Made by a program: the position numbers and the translations under genes. 64,000 nucleotides of DNA from Podarcis erhardii. Taxonomy: Eukaryota. The stretch lies in NCBI GenBank assembly GCA_964252035.1, contig OZ176208.1. One strand, written 5' to 3'. The stretch's first letter is position 1. Each line of letters starts with the position of its first letter. Below, in pieces: positions 36,828 through 50,790 of this stretch. The notes beneath the pieces are model-generated. The model was not told where the DNA came from. It saw only the letters and a list, made by a program, of their open reading frames with translations, and did no database searches.

Positions 36828-37771
36828 ACTGGAACAGTTCCATAAATAGGATTGTGGAACTCAGTGACCAGCTATGCAAAGCGCTATATAAGCTAGGCGG
36901 GCTAATGGGTTGCGACTTATCCAGTTGCTTCAAGTCAGGATGGTATTGCCCAACCAGAAGGCACAGGGGCTCTCTTCCTTGCCTCCTTCAGATTCAATTC
37001 CTGCATTTGCTGAAGTTCTGTTGATGTTGTAGATCACTGGTTTAATAAATACAGCTCTTTGCACCCAGAACCTTGTCTTATGCCTTGACCTGGAGGTGAA
37101 GGCAACATAATTCCAACCAATAGAATCATGTTCTAAAAAAACCAGTGACAAATGCACTTGTTTAGCCTCCCTTTCGATCCTGGTTCTCTCCTCTTAATGG
37201 TATAACTGTTGTAGATGTTCTTAGGATGTTGGTGCCAGGTTATAACTTACTTATTTCTCCTGGCATTTTAAGTTTTGTTAGTATTTAATCTGCTCTGCTG
37301 CTTTTAGCTGCGTTATTTGTTCAATGGTGCATTTCACTATGCATTGCTACTTTACGCTTTGGTTGCTTTTATTTTGTGTTGTGTGCTGTGCTGTGGTATC
37401 TATATCGATGAAGAGTGGTTTATAAATATTTTTAAACCAATCAATAAAATTCAAGTTATCGTCTGTAGAAGATCTAAATCTTAAACTGAAATCAATGAGA
37501 ACAGAGTGTCTAACTGCCCATTTTTCTTGGACTGATCATATTCCATTTGCTCAGAAATGAAAATTTATTACCTCACCATTTTAATTCAGCATGCAGTGAT
37601 GTTAACTGTAATTTTATGAATATCAGTCAAGAGACCTGAAACTTAAAGGAAAGCACAGCTGTTCTTTCCAGAGATTGTTTTAGACAGTTATGTAATTTAT
37701 CATGGATTAATCAAACCTGCTGAGCAGGGACTGTCAAAGAACATCTTTTAATTCTGTATCCTATTAAAAAA

Positions 37772-37776
<5 letters not shown>

Positions 37777-37832
<56 letters not shown>
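37777..37832. repeat. Compound (TG)18(TA)10 microsatellite
   Basis: Directly visible. Confidence 0.95.
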
Positions 37833-38433
37833 CATCCAGTACTTTGCACACTACCTCAGAAAGCTGTTGAAAAAGCAAAGAAAGAAATTGACACCTGAGT
37901 GTCAGAACGTATATGTGAATGTGCATTCTGTTGATTGTTGATTTTAACGGTACCTGTTTTCCCCTGTAATTGAGTTTGACATTGCAGCATTTGTAGTCAA
38001 AATGTTTAAGAGAATGAAAGTGAGGGAAAATGAGTGTTCCTACGAAAAGGCACATGATGCCACTGTATCTCCCTCCATTGAACCTCCATGGAAAAGTACT
38101 AGCAGATGCTTACAAAGGGTCACATATAATTGCCTGAAAAAGCAGAATACCTCAAAGTGACTTGTATAGCAGGGTAGTTATAAAAGCCATTATTTCTATT
38201 AGCATTGACTTTTGGCATAGATCTCAGACGTTGTTTTTAAAGTGCTGTAAGTAACTTTCATTGTCAGTTCTGCCTTGGTTACAGGAGCTGTTTCTCTCCC
38301 AGTTGCTCCCCCCTTTTTTTCCCCTTCCACAGAAAATTTTTGTTTTAGTGATTTGAAGTAGAGGAGCACTCTGTTCAGATGAATGATAATGAGAACTGTC
38401 AAAGAGGCAGTAAAATTGAATCCCCGGCCTTTG

Positions 38434-38565
38434 NNNNNNNNNNNNNNNNNNNNNNNNNNNNNNNNNNNNNNNNNNNNNNNNNNNNNNNNNNNNNNNNNNN
38501 NNNNNNNNNNNNNNNNNNNNNNNNNNNNNNNNNNNNNNNNNNNNNNNNNNNNNNNNNNNNNNNNN
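38434..38565. other. Assembly gap (132 N)
   Basis: Run of N. ORFs spanning it are artefacts. Confidence 1.
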
Positions 38566-39489
38566 TGGCACCCTGGAGATGGTGATAGGCCCAGTCTCAG
38601 CCACTTGCCACCTGCTAGATCCATTGTTTATTTTTTTTTATTAAAAAAAAAAACCCTTGTTACGATAACAAAGTTGTTTGCTGTCTTCTACAATGACTTT
38701 ATGGCACCAGGTTTGCCATACTGGAGCTATTGAAACATCTGATTCTTAAGGAGGAACATTTGTACTCAGCACTAACAACTGTTTTGGAATACCGGGTGTA
38801 ACACTTTTTGCTGATAAACCATCATGCTTTTCCCCCTTCACAGCTCCCCGCAAGCCTATCAGGGTTCATGTTTTCCACGTATATTCCCTCGTGCAGCTGC
38901 AAAGGAAAAAAAGGGGGGAGGGAAATAGATATAAATATCTATTACTAAATAAATTAATAAATCAACAGCTTGTTAACGACATAGATTGAAGTTATTATAT
39001 CTTTTGTTTCTATAGTAGATGACTCTGCAACAGAAAAGATAGTCAGGGAAAGAAAAGAAATTTATTAGTATTTGTTGGAATCAAAATCTCTTGTGTCACA
39101 TATTTTGCCCACATATGCAATAATTTTGGTGTTCCAGAATCCTGCTTTGACCCTAACTAAACAGAGCAGCAATATTCCTCCTTTACCACTCCTTTGTTTG
39201 TGCTGTTTCTTCTGGTTTTTCATCCTGTCAGAACTGATTCTCACAGCAGCTTTTCTCCCCCAATGCCACAATTACAATTATGGGTGTTGTTTTAATATGT
39301 AGCCAAATAGGCATGCATGACTTTTGCCATGGAGTCAGGTATCCACAAACCTTCCAAACTTAATTTGGGAAATAGCACTCATTTGCTATCTGAGTCAAAT
39401 TCCACCACTTTGTTTCCATGGGACTCTTCAAACCTGATAGCATTTGAACTGTTTGTAAATCGAAAGAATGTGAAATGAATGGTAGATTT

Positions 39490-39765
39490 CACCAGTTTAA
39501 CCTAAGCCAAACTGTGGTGAGTGGTCCCTGAGCTTCATTGAGGTGGTCTATGGATTTGTGGCTGAAGATGGGAGACAGGGCATTCATTGCATCAAATATT
39601 CATATTTATTATTAATTGTAATTTTATTGCTTCTTTTATTTACTATATTTGACAGTATTGTATTACAGGCTAAATTATATGGAATTTCAATTGGTAAAAG
39701 AGCCAGAAAAATCATTAAGTGATCTACCAAGATCCTCAACAATTTAAAATGGTTGGGAACCACTG
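39490..39765. mobile_element. Degenerate hAT MITE
   Basis: Right terminus GGTTGGGAACCACTG|ATCTA; left end CCAAACTGTGG...GGTCCCTG uncertain; no TSD. Confidence 0.4.
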
Positions 39766-40377
39766 ATCTATATATGATTAATGGAAAATTCAGCACATGA
39801 TTTTTCACATTGTAAGAACCATGGAAATCCCCATAGTCATTTACACTGTTCTTCTAGAATAAAACCTCAGAAAACTGTAAACTGCGAGGACATCCAATAC
39901 AACTGGGATAGGAACACAGAAAGAAAACTGGTGTTTCTTATGAAACATTCATTCTATCTTCAAACCCTTGTGATGCACATGAATCCTGCACTTGTAAGTT
40001 CTGTTTTGACTCTATCTCTCACTGGTTCCTAGTCCAAAGTGGCTGTTCTTTAACACAGAAGAAACAAACAAAAGATCTAACATTGATCTTGTGGGGAGAG
40101 CACTGTAAGCAATATTGTGACATCCATTTTCTCTGTCTATGTATATTGGTCTGAAATGTCAGTTCTTTTTGAAGGCAAAAAGTCTGCATGAAGACACAAA
40201 CTTTGTCCAAATAGGAATGACATGATTCATCTCTTAAATATCACTTTTCCAGGGTGCATAAATACAAGCATTTATTTCAGTGTCTACTTAATGTTTGCTC
40301 TTTTGCAGGTTTAACTCAAGTGACTAAAATTTGTTGTCTCTAGCCACACAGCTATCACTTTCACACCATATACTGAA

Positions 40378-41010
40378 AGTCCAGACAGCAGTCTAGCTGC
40401 TGCATTCTGGATTAGTTGTAGTTTCCATGTCACCTTCAAAGATAGCCTCACATAGAGCACACTGCAGTAGTCCAAGCGGGAGATAACTAGTGCATGTACC
40501 ACTCTGGCGAGACAGTCTGCGGGCAGGTAGAGTCTCAGCCTGTGTACCAGATGGAGCTGGTAGACAGCTGCCCTGGACACAGAATTGACCTGCGCCTCCA
40601 TGGACAGCTGTGAGTCCAAAATGACTCCCAGGCACAGTTACCCCATTCAGGATCAGGGAGTCCTCCACACCTTCCCACCTCCTGTCCCCCCAAAACAGTA
40701 CTTCTGTCTAGTCAGGATTCAACCTCAATCTGTTAGCTACCATCCACCCTCCAACCGCCTTCAGACACTCACAAACATTCACTTTCCTTCACTGGTTCTG
40801 ATTTGAAAGAGAGGTAGAGCTGGGTGTCACCCGTGTACTGAGGAACACCCAGCCCAAACCCCATGATTGTCTCTCCCAGTGGCTTCGTATAGATGTTAAA
40901 AAGCATGGAGGAGAGAATGGAACCCTGGGGCACCCCCAAGTGACAGCCCAGGGGTCTGAGCACTCAACCCCCAACACCATTTTCTGGACACAGCCCAGCT
41001 TCTCTGTATT
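40378..41010 (-). mobile_element. L2 LINE reverse-transcriptase fragment
   Basis: Minus-strand GVPQGSILSSMLFNIYTKPLG...QYTGDTQLYLSF (YADD-type) and HALVISRLDYCS...LQLIQNAAARLL; frameshifted. Confidence 0.9.
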
Positions 41011-41537
41011 AGTGTATATTTATTTTAAACATTTCTACATCCCTCTTCACTTGCAACTATCCAAATACACAATAAACAACATTCTGAAGAACAATACAAT
41101 TAAAAAATCACATAACCACATGAATAACCAGCATGGATAAAAAGCTGTTTTACATGCATCAAAATGCTGGTGCTTGAAGGGGAGATGATTCCATAGACTG
41201 GGCATCTTGACAGAAAAGGTCCACCCCTTGATTGTTGCAGGATGAATCTCAGCAGCCTGTAGTGCAACCAGGCAGGCCTCATCTGCAGGTTTTAACTTTT
41301 GGTCAGCTCTATATGTGAGAAGGTAGAACTTGCAAACTGGTCAGAGCAGGCTTCTGAGGGTGCTAGCATCTCTTTAAACAAGTTAGATATTAATAAACCC
41401 TGCCTCAGTTGGATCTAGCTCCTTGACTTAGTAAAGTAGAATTTCTTTGCTGCCTTCACCATCACACTTCTAGCTCATGCCTGGTCATCTTTGTGGTGAT
41501 TTTTATGTAATTTGTGCTGCAGTTACATTGGCTAAAC

Positions 41538-41697
41538 CAGTGGTGTCCAAATAGGTAAGTTCTGCAGACCCTCTGTTTTTAAAAGCCAAGCCATGGACCA
41601 CCTACTTTCAAAAAAGTCTATCTCTATGGCAGTTTTTGTAATGTGAATGGTGCTATGCACCCCCCTGGGTCTGCAGGCCACCTATTGGGAACCACTT
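41538..41697. mobile_element. Degenerate hAT-like MITE
   Basis: TIR CAGTGGTGTCCAAATAGGT versus (rc) AAGTGGTTCCCAATAGGT; no TSD recovered. Confidence 0.5.
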
Positions 41698-44600
41698 CCC
41701 AAGAGTCTGTTCAGCAGCCTCAGCCTTTGTAGCTGGAGTCAGTCAGGGTCAGGTGGAAAAAGGCTTGCAAGCCAGGATGCAGGTCTTTCAGGACTCACAG
41801 CCAAGACCAATGGTCATCAGTCAATTGACGGACCTTGCTAGACTTTAAGTTTTGTTTAGGTTTTGTTAGGAATTATAGCAACCTAGGTTAAACTCTGCTT
41901 TAAATCTCCCCTCTCTTGACTTTTGACTTTAATTATCCAATCTGACTGAATGACAAAGTTTCCCATTGAAAAGGAACATATTATAGTGCTTTTAATTGAG
42001 TGCATTTGTGAGGATACCAATTTTATATTTAGCGGGGGGAAACCAATAAGCTAGGAAATGGGTGAAAATGGCAGTCATACAAAACAATGCTTTGCACTGA
42101 ATTTTTGAGACTGATGAAATAAGGCAGCATGGGAAAGGAAGGAGGGCCGTAACATTTTCTTAACAGGGCTTGCTTCACTAAACATTCTGGAGTAGGAACT
42201 AGCAATTTATTATTATTATTATTCCAAGTGCCTCTTCAAATATTCTGGTCATTTTTATTAAAATAATTGCTTCCAAACACAGGCACTGCTATGCTTAAAA
42301 GCATAATCCTACTTTTGAAAGTAATCAGAGAAAAAAGGAGTCGAAAAGATTATATTCCACTCTATTCTGGGACTGAAAATAACCAAATACAATTACTGTT
42401 TGAACTAGGGAGATCAAACAGTGCTATTCCATTTGCATTCTGTGCAGCTGTAAGGATGTACACAGAGCCCTGCAGGGTGAGACCGAATACCTATCTACTT
42501 CAGTATCCTCTTTTTCCCAGGGGCCAACAAGATGCCCATGATGAGCCTGCAAACAGGACTTGAACACAACAGCCCTCTTTCTACTTGTGCTCCTTAGCAA
42601 CTGGTATTTGCATGCATAATGTTTCCAGTACTTCACAGAGAATTGTTTTTCTGTTCCAAGGTTTCCCATATGTGTGCTCTGGGTATTCATAGGAGCCCTG
42701 CACCTTAAAATGAATGTGTGTAAAAATAAAAGGTTGTTAATGCCAGGGTTGGTCTAAGAGCAGGCAGCAAATGCTGTGACAGCAGTCCTCTTCTTTGTTT
42801 CTCCTGAGACTCCCATAGCCACTCCTCCTGAGTACCCTGGCTATTCCCATCCTCTGGTCATCTTCTTCCACAGCTGTGTTGGAAAATGCCCCTCACTGAG
42901 TGAGCAGGCAGAAAGACAGGTGTCCCAGGCCTCACCCTACAGCAGGCATTGCACAGCATTTGTCTGAGCAGGCAAGAAGTAAGTGTCATGTGTAGCAACC
43001 ATGAGATGTTCAAGGACTCAGCTGTGTATAGTCTGTCCTGCATGCTCGATGCTAGCCTGCAACCATGAGGCAGTGGAGAGTGCTGCCATATCACTGGTCA
43101 TATCTCCAGCATTGATAAGCCCATTCAGCATCTGTAGTTGTGATAGCAACTTGTTTTTTGCCTCAAGTAGCAAAATACCTTCAACCAGCCCAGGATAATC
43201 TGGTGGTCCATCCCTTTTCAAGTAAAAGTCACATTATAAAATCATGGGATCTGGACTCACAAGAAAATAGCTGATTCTTCTACAGGGTCAGGTTCCCATT
43301 CTCGTCCTGGAGCAGCTTTCATACACTAGGACAGATCTTACTTCCCAATCATCAGTCTTAGGAGCTGGCAGGTCAGACTGCCCCCACCTACAGCCTGCCC
43401 CAAGGTCAAAGGATAAGCCAGAGGGTTTCATCACTGAATTTAATGTCATACAAAAATGGCAGCCCAGAATGCCACTGCACTCCCATCTTCCCACAAAGTG
43501 TCTTTGTGTAACCTAGTTGTTACAGCTATGCCTCACAAAAAGAAACTCGTAAGTTTGTTGATCCTAAAGCCCAGTTTAGATATTGGGTAATGCGATAAAT
43601 AAAGAGGTGCACATACTGCTGTGGAATGGATGCATTGTTTTGTATCTCATCAATACAACACAAGGCACTGATAAGTCTTGAGTCTATTTGCTTTATCACA
43701 GCAGGGAAACAATCCTTTTCCTAAGGTGACCTAGCCATCTATAGGGCTCCCTATTCGTGCTCCTGGATGGTGATATGCACCCATCTGTTAGAAGTAGACA
43801 AGATCCACTGCCATTTTGGCCTCTGCCTGTGTTTGTTAATACCACAAATAGTTCTAAAATAAAGCAGGGAGTAGTATTCTCTCTGCCACATCTCAGGGAA
43901 AAGCCACAAAAGATTATCACATTTGAAGCACCTTCACTGAGACTAAACAATGGCTCTGTTTGTTCCTCCATGCAATGTGAATGATGTGGAGGAGGAAGCA
44001 GAAATGAGCACATTTGCCCCATTCTCACATTCCTTGTCATCTTCCACCATTTGGAGGGCAACCATCTGTTGTCAGGAGCCTCCTCTACTCATGCAGCTGC
44101 AAATTTTAGACCTCTAAAGTCCAAAACATCCTCTCTTCCTCCTCCACATGATTAACATTGCATGGAGGAGCAAACATCAGAATAGGGTAAATGAAGAAAT
44201 CTATAAAAAGAACATATAAATAAAGAAGGTACCTAATAGATCAGGAGAAATTTTCCCTAAAGCTCAAGGTTGTAGAGCTATAGAAAATATAAAGTGGGAA
44301 TAAATACACGGGTTGATGAAATCCAGCCAAGACTGAAAGTACCTAAGATTTTTGATGATAGAATGAGAAATTCACAAATGAACTTTTATTATGTATCTAA
44401 TATTGTAAAGAAAAACATGAAATAGTTCCTCAGGGGACAGGGGTATTAATTTGGGGTTATAGTGCAGTAACTGATTGTTGCTATTTCTGAAAAAGCAATA
44501 AACATTTTATAAAAGCATCTTAAATTGCTAAGCTCTTTTCTGTGTTCTGAGTGACCTTACCTCATCATAAATAGTAATTAACTCACCAAGTTGCAATCCC

Positions 44601-45121
44601 AGTGTCACAAACATACTGTCAAATGTTCTCTGTTATTCGAAGTTTTCTAAGTTTATGTTTTTTGTGCATGTATGTCACGAAAATGCATTTCCAAATATGG
44701 CACTGACAGTATAGTATTTGCTGCTGTCCCTTCACTGCCAAAAAATAAATAAAAATAAATCATTCTACATCACAGTGTCATGTGTCACAACATGTTATTT
44801 TAGATCACTTACTCTTTGCTAAAGGAACAATCAAAATATTAGACTAAAACCATGTGTATCACAAACAGGAATTTTTCATTTTCTTGGGAAAGCAAAGGGT
44901 TACGGCAACCAACATCTCAGTGAGCAGACACAGGAATGATGTCATTTGTGTGCTTAGTTTTGCAAGCTGTGCAGGCACAGAAAATATAAATCAGTTTAAA
45001 ATAAATGTAGTTTTGAATTACAAAAACCTGAACCAAGCGATTTCAAAGGTCGATGTCATCATTAGTTCTGGGTGAGAGTTATGATCATTATTAGTGACAT
45101 TTTTCAGTGAAGTGGACTCAA

Positions 45122-45364
45122 GGTAAAAAGGTAAAGGTACCCCTGCACGTATGGGCCAGTCTTGCCAGACTCTAGGGTTGTGCGCTCATTTCACTCTATA
45201 GGCCGGGAGCCAGCGCTGTCCGCAGACACTTCCGGGTCACGTGGCCAGCGTGACAAGCTGCATCTGGCGAGCCAGTGCAGCACACGGAACGCCGTTAACC
45301 TTCCCGCTGGTAAGCGGTCCCTATTTATCTACTTGCACCCGGGGGTGCTTTTGAAATTCTAGGT
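45122..45364 (-). mobile_element. 5'-truncated Sauria SINE (second subfamily)
   Basis: (AAGGTAA)-type tail at the left, CCTATTTATCTACTTGCAC core; 9-bp TSD TGGACTCAA (45113-45121 and 45365-45373). Confidence 0.88.
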
Positions 45365-45884
45365 TGGACTCAAAGTGACCTATAAAAACAAGTATTAAAA
45401 ACAAGTTGAAAACCTCAGTGGTCCAACTCCCAGCTCTAAGACAAGCTATCCTATACCTGTTAAACCTCTTTTAGGCAAGATCATGTGATTACACCTCTGA
45501 GCCATTCTGCATTCTGATTGCCTTCACGAGTCATACAAAGTCCCTTTTTTGATCTTGAAGGGTTGAGAGATTGAGATGGTTGCCATGTAACAGTGCACCA
45601 GATTTTTCAAAGATAGACAAAATGTTAGAGAACAGATAATCAATATGGGATTTACTTTCAAAAAGCAGAACACTTGAGGAGCATTTGTGTGATTGCATTA
45701 TAACACTAAAACTTACCATCAATTTCTGAGCTAAAACAAACCGTGAGTTTCAGCAGACAGAACGTAGAGCTTATAAACCGAAAACAACACAACACTGTGT
45801 ATCCTATTCAAGGAATGATGAGGAGCACTGTGTATGGGTCCAAATAATTATGTAATATCAGAGTTAAGTTTAGGACAGCATGAC

Positions 45885-46281
45885 CATAGAATCATAGAAT
45901 CATAGAATCATAGAGTTGGAAGAGACCACAAGGGCCATCGAGTCCAACCCCCTGCCAAGCAGGAAACACCATCAGAGCACTCCTGACATATGGTTGTCAA
46001 GCCTCTGCTTAAAGACCTCCAAAGAAGGAGACTCCACCACACTCCTTGGCAGCAAATTCCATTGTCGAACAGCTCTTACTGTCAGGAAGTTCTTCCTAAT
46101 GTTTAGGTGGAATCTTCTTTCTTGTAGTTTGGATCCATTGCTCCGTGTCCACTTCTCTGGAGCGGCAGAAAACAACCTTTCTCCCTCCTCTATGTGACAT
46201 CCTTTTATATATTTGAACATGGCTATCATATCACCCCTTAACCTCCTCTTCTCCAGGCTAAACATGCCCAGCTCCCTGTTC
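45885..46281 (-). mobile_element. Young CR1 LINE, 5'-truncated
   Basis: (CATAGAAT)n tail at the left; near-identical to 12024 and 35905 copies; possible TSD ACCATA (45883-45888 and 46283-46288). Confidence 0.93.
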
Positions 46282-46958
46282 CACCATACTGGGCGCCAAG
46301 CCTAGGGGGTGCTTCAGGGCATCACAACTATGACGTAGTGAATTGAGCAGAAAAGAAGGAGAGAGGTGGGGTGTGTGCCAGATTTTGACTGCTGAAATTT
46401 GAAAGACCAATGTCTGCCCCTGGTAATAACAAAGCAGATCAAAATATCTTGTTGTGAATATATAGCTTCCATTGGTCTCAATATTTTTATTCATTTAAAA
46501 AGGAAGAGGTGGGAAATCAGGTAATATATTAACCTATACAAGGCTTGCTGAATCTTCCTCCCTACCTGCCAGTAGGTGAGAAATTTTTTTGACAAGCGAG
46601 TTAAATATTACTTTTTCATTATCATCAATCATCAGAAGAAAGGGTGGGCGAACAGATTTTCTGCTGTGTGAGTAAATTTTCATGGTATTTCTGCAATGCT
46701 GCAGTATATATATGGAAATATCAAGTTAAACTATTCACACATGCTAAGGGCTGTACTGAGATACTTAGTTCATTTCTAGCTTGATATAATCTTCATCTCT
46801 TGCATTTATTTATAACTCCAAGGAGGTGGGTGGGGGGCAACCCCCCACAAAGGCTTAGGAAAGCTTAGGAAGCTTTCATTCAAAACAAGTTTTTTTTTTA
46901 ATATTGCCTGTTGTGTGGTGTTGGAAAGACACCAGTCAGGGAAGGAAAGGATCTAGGG

Positions 46959-47088
46959 CAGACATCTGCAACCTGGTGCCCTCTAGATGCTTTGAACTAC
47001 CACTGTCATGATCTCTGACTTTTGCTCATGCTGGCTGGGTCTGATAGGAGTTCAAAACATCTGGAAGACATCAGGTTGGGGAGAGCTG
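46959..47088. mobile_element. Hairpin hAT (Charlie-like target) MITE
   Basis: Degenerate TIRs CAGACATCTGCAACCTG / CAGGTTGGGGAGAGCTG; TSD ATCTAGGG / ATCTAGTG (7/8) fits the NTCTAGAN preference. Confidence 0.75.
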
Positions 47089-50000
47089 ATCTAGTGAGCC
47101 ACATGTAGTCTCACCCAATGCAATTCATATTTTTCTGCCGGTCAGTTGTATAAACTAAGTTTTAAGCCTACTATAAATGTGTACTAGGAATGCAAATAAT
47201 ATACCCCAGTTCTCTGAGCAGGTTTTATTGATGCTTACCTTCTGAAATTTAGATTTTTGTTTCCATACATTCAAGTCCCCTATGGTATTTCCACTCATTT
47301 GATATTTTGTGTAATCCTGGGCTACAGAAAGGGAGCTTGACAAACACTGCCTGGTGACCTTCATAGGCAATAAGTTTAGATCTGAGCTTCCACTTCCAAC
47401 ATCCAAGCTACTTCTGTAGACATTGTACCATACTGGCTCTTTATCCTACACTGGATCAAGAAGAATTTTAACTAATGGGGGTGGATTCTTCCTCCAACCA
47501 AGAAATTCCTCTGGGTCTTATCTTTCTGCTATTGCTAGTTGGGGTGAAGGGTTTATGCTACAGTACACTCTACCTGTGAAAAACTCCATTGCAACTTTTC
47601 TACACAGGACGAAGATGCTGGGTTATTCACAAAGTGGAGCTCTTGCCTCTTCCATTATGATGGAAATATTATCTTAAAATGCAATTTGGACTTGGCAAGT
47701 CATGTCTTTCACATTCATTATAAAGGTGTCAAATCACATCTCATCTGAGTACATCTTGTTTCCTAGAGCATGGAATGACATGATATAACATGATGTGACA
47801 AGGCAATACACCAGGTGGAAACCAAATATGAATTCATCTTTTAAAAATAAAGCAGAGTTAATTTCATTACTTTAAAGTACTTTAAAGCCTTGGAAGTTTT
47901 TAAATCCTGGTCTGGATCAAGTGTCTTTCTTTCTTTCTTTCTTGTCCATGGTCCAAAAGTAAAGGACCATTTTCCCGTAGGCCTCTAGTTAGTGGCCTAA
48001 AGGTTAGGAAGTTTTAAAAATAACAGATTTCGAATATGCTCAAAATCTCTGCTTTGAAAGTGGAGGGGGCAGTAATAGAAATTGTAATGTGCACATTGTG
48101 CAAATATAAAGTAATATTTGGCTAAGAGCAAAGTTAATTAAGCTTCTAGATAATGGTTGATTCAGAAAGAGCTATGTCTACTTCAGGCCGTACTTCTTAG
48201 ATTCAGCTTGTTTGTTCAGTCCAGGTAGGATACTTGTGGTTGGATGGAAATTGATTTCTGAGGATAAGAGTTCTGAGGTAGAATGGAAGTGTGATATGGC
48301 AGAAGTAACCAAGATTACCCACCAGGAGGTTAACAGCACTCCACTCACGTGCCTAACAACACCTCACAATGGCACACTCTGTAAGAAATGTCTGCTGACT
48401 GCACATGGGTGTTTTTTCCTTCCTTTGTGACTAAAGCCTACCATGTCAAAGGTGGACTGGGGTTTAAGGGAAATTCAAACAAAACTCTTTCATGCAAAGG
48501 AAGCCAAGTGAAAGCCCCAACTGCTTGTAAGCAGTTTACTTGATGATAACCTAGAATGTCTAAATTTTCTGCCACAGTTTCACAGCCACTCAGTTTTTAA
48601 ATGAATTTCTGCCTAGCTCCTTGGTTGTGAAGAATGCGCTGCTCTTTAAAGTTGATTTTTCCCTACCCCATTCTTAAACATCAAAATTATTTAGCTGTTC
48701 TATAAATATTTGACCACACTGAGATAGCAGCAGTGGCCACGAGCCTAATTCTAGACATGGCAGAGCTGTCAGTTTCATAACTGATTGATTGATTGATAAC
48801 CTTTGGAAGACTAAAGCCATGTTCTAGGAGATGTCTGCAGGTATATATTTTCTGTCTAGAGGTAACACAATATGTCCCAACCTCTAAATCCAAGGGGAAT
48901 CGTGTAATAAAGAATGACTGTGTGAAGACAAGCTAATAAGTGCTGTAATACTAAGAGTCATCCCTGCATTTGCTGAACTGCTGTGCATAAGAACATGTTC
49001 GTTTGGTATCTATATTAATTTACATTCCCATTTTGCAATATTTCAGTGCTCAGCTCTGAAATTATTTTCCCTTATTAATTATTTAAATGCTCTTAAAAAG
49101 GGCAACAGCTTCATTTCCAACAACACAATAATATTAATGGAAATTGAAAAGGTCCTTTAATAAAACAATTTTCCAATTATGGCCAGAGGGGGTAAATGTA
49201 CTTGGAGTTTAAAAAAAAAATAAATTAGAAAGGTTTACTAGTGCTGCAAGAAAATCTGTTTGGCAGCTAATGGAATTAGGTTATCTTTGAATTCTCTTCA
49301 CCCCAACTTAGAATGGACACTAATTCCTTTCTTTGCTCTTTTGGTGTTTGCAAAGGGGCTCACTAAAGCCTGCATTGATATAATTATTGGCTTGGATTGT
49401 TAGAGATTTAGGCCAGATGGCTATAGGTTTCTAAAGTCCCAGTTGCTTGTCTTAGATTTTTGAGTTTGCCTATAGGGTTTGGGGATCAGAACTTTGAAAA
49501 GGTTGCAAACTTGTAAAACAGCATTATTCATGGGGGCAGAATGTTCATCGGCGTGACCCACTACTAAATACATTCATTATAGGCATTTCTATTCTACACA
49601 ATTTGCTACACGGCACTGGTTTCTGAAAAAAAAGAGAGGAAGAGACAATAGCATATAAAATGCTTTCGAATGCTTAAAAAGAAGGCGAGCTCACACTGCG
49701 ACTCTTCTGTCTTCTTCTTTTGCCACAAGAAGCTTCTTAGTGACTTTGGTTGAATTCTATTTTTTTGTGGGGGCAGGGATTGGAAATTCAGAGTTTTACT
49801 TATTACATCTGGTGCATGGTTACAGGTAATGAGAGAATGGAACCCAGGAGAGAGGGAGGGAAATGATGGAAAGATTATGAGCATTGCAAATAAAGCAGTG
49901 GATAAAGACATCAAAGAAATAATGTAAAGAAAATGAAAGTGCGGCAAGATAATGATGAACTTGAACAAAAATGCAGAGAAGGGGAAGGAAAAGCACGCCA

Positions 50001-50274
50001 TAAATTATTATCCTTGAAATGAAAGGAAATCTATCAAGTTTCTTCACCCTGGAAGCAGGATGAAGCTCGCATAATAATCCAGAGCAAATTTTATATTCAA
50101 CATTTCCCCCAATATGATAATTGTAGAGATGTAATAATACTTTGGATCATAGTATACCATGGCTATATCATGCACCACAGATGTATATATGCATTTGTGC
50201 TGTGAATATGTATAGGTATGTACACACTCACATGTCATTTATTACATGAATAATAATGCAATAGCCATGGAATT

Positions 50275-50447
50275 CAAGATGGTGTACATGGTTCTGCTCT
50301 CCCCACCTTATCCTCACAAAAGGTTGTTTAGGCTGAAAGCTATTGATTGGCCCAAGGTCACCCAATGAGCTTCATGATTGAATGGGGGTTTGTACCATGA
50401 TCTCTCAGGACTTAGTCCAACATTTTAACTCTTACACCATACTGGCT
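50275..50447 (-). mobile_element. Old tRNA/CORE SINE (Squam3A/MIR-like)
   Basis: TTATCCTCACAA...GGCCCAAGGTCACCCAATGAGCTTCATG...TACACCATACTGGCT. Confidence 0.65.
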
Positions 50448-50699
50448 ATATATGTATATTGCTAATTTCTGAAAATATTGCTATCCAACAAGTCAGAAAT
50501 TGGAATAATCCTGCACCAGGGTGGAACACTGAAGTAAAACAACAGGCCGTTGTGCTCAGGGACAGACTCTAGCAGGGTATCTGTCCCTGAGCCCAGTATC
50601 AAAGGGGGAGAGCTCATGTATCCATAATCCAGTGGTAAAGTGTAGAAACTCAAAGAAAAGATGCTGTTCATTTAAGTGATAGCCAATGCATTGCTCTAC

Positions 50700-50790
50700 A
50701 CTTGCTGTTGGACTACAAATGCCATTGGCCATGCCAGTTGGGGCTGATGGGAGTTGCAGTTCAATGATATCTGAAGGGTACTACATGACT
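50700..50790. mobile_element. Degenerate hairpin hAT MITE fragment
   Basis: TTGGACTACAA...GGGGCTGATGGGAGTTGCAGTTCAA...ATCTGAAGG. Confidence 0.5.

Noticed and set aside
38199-38733. ORFs spanning the N run
   Set aside because: Gap artefacts.
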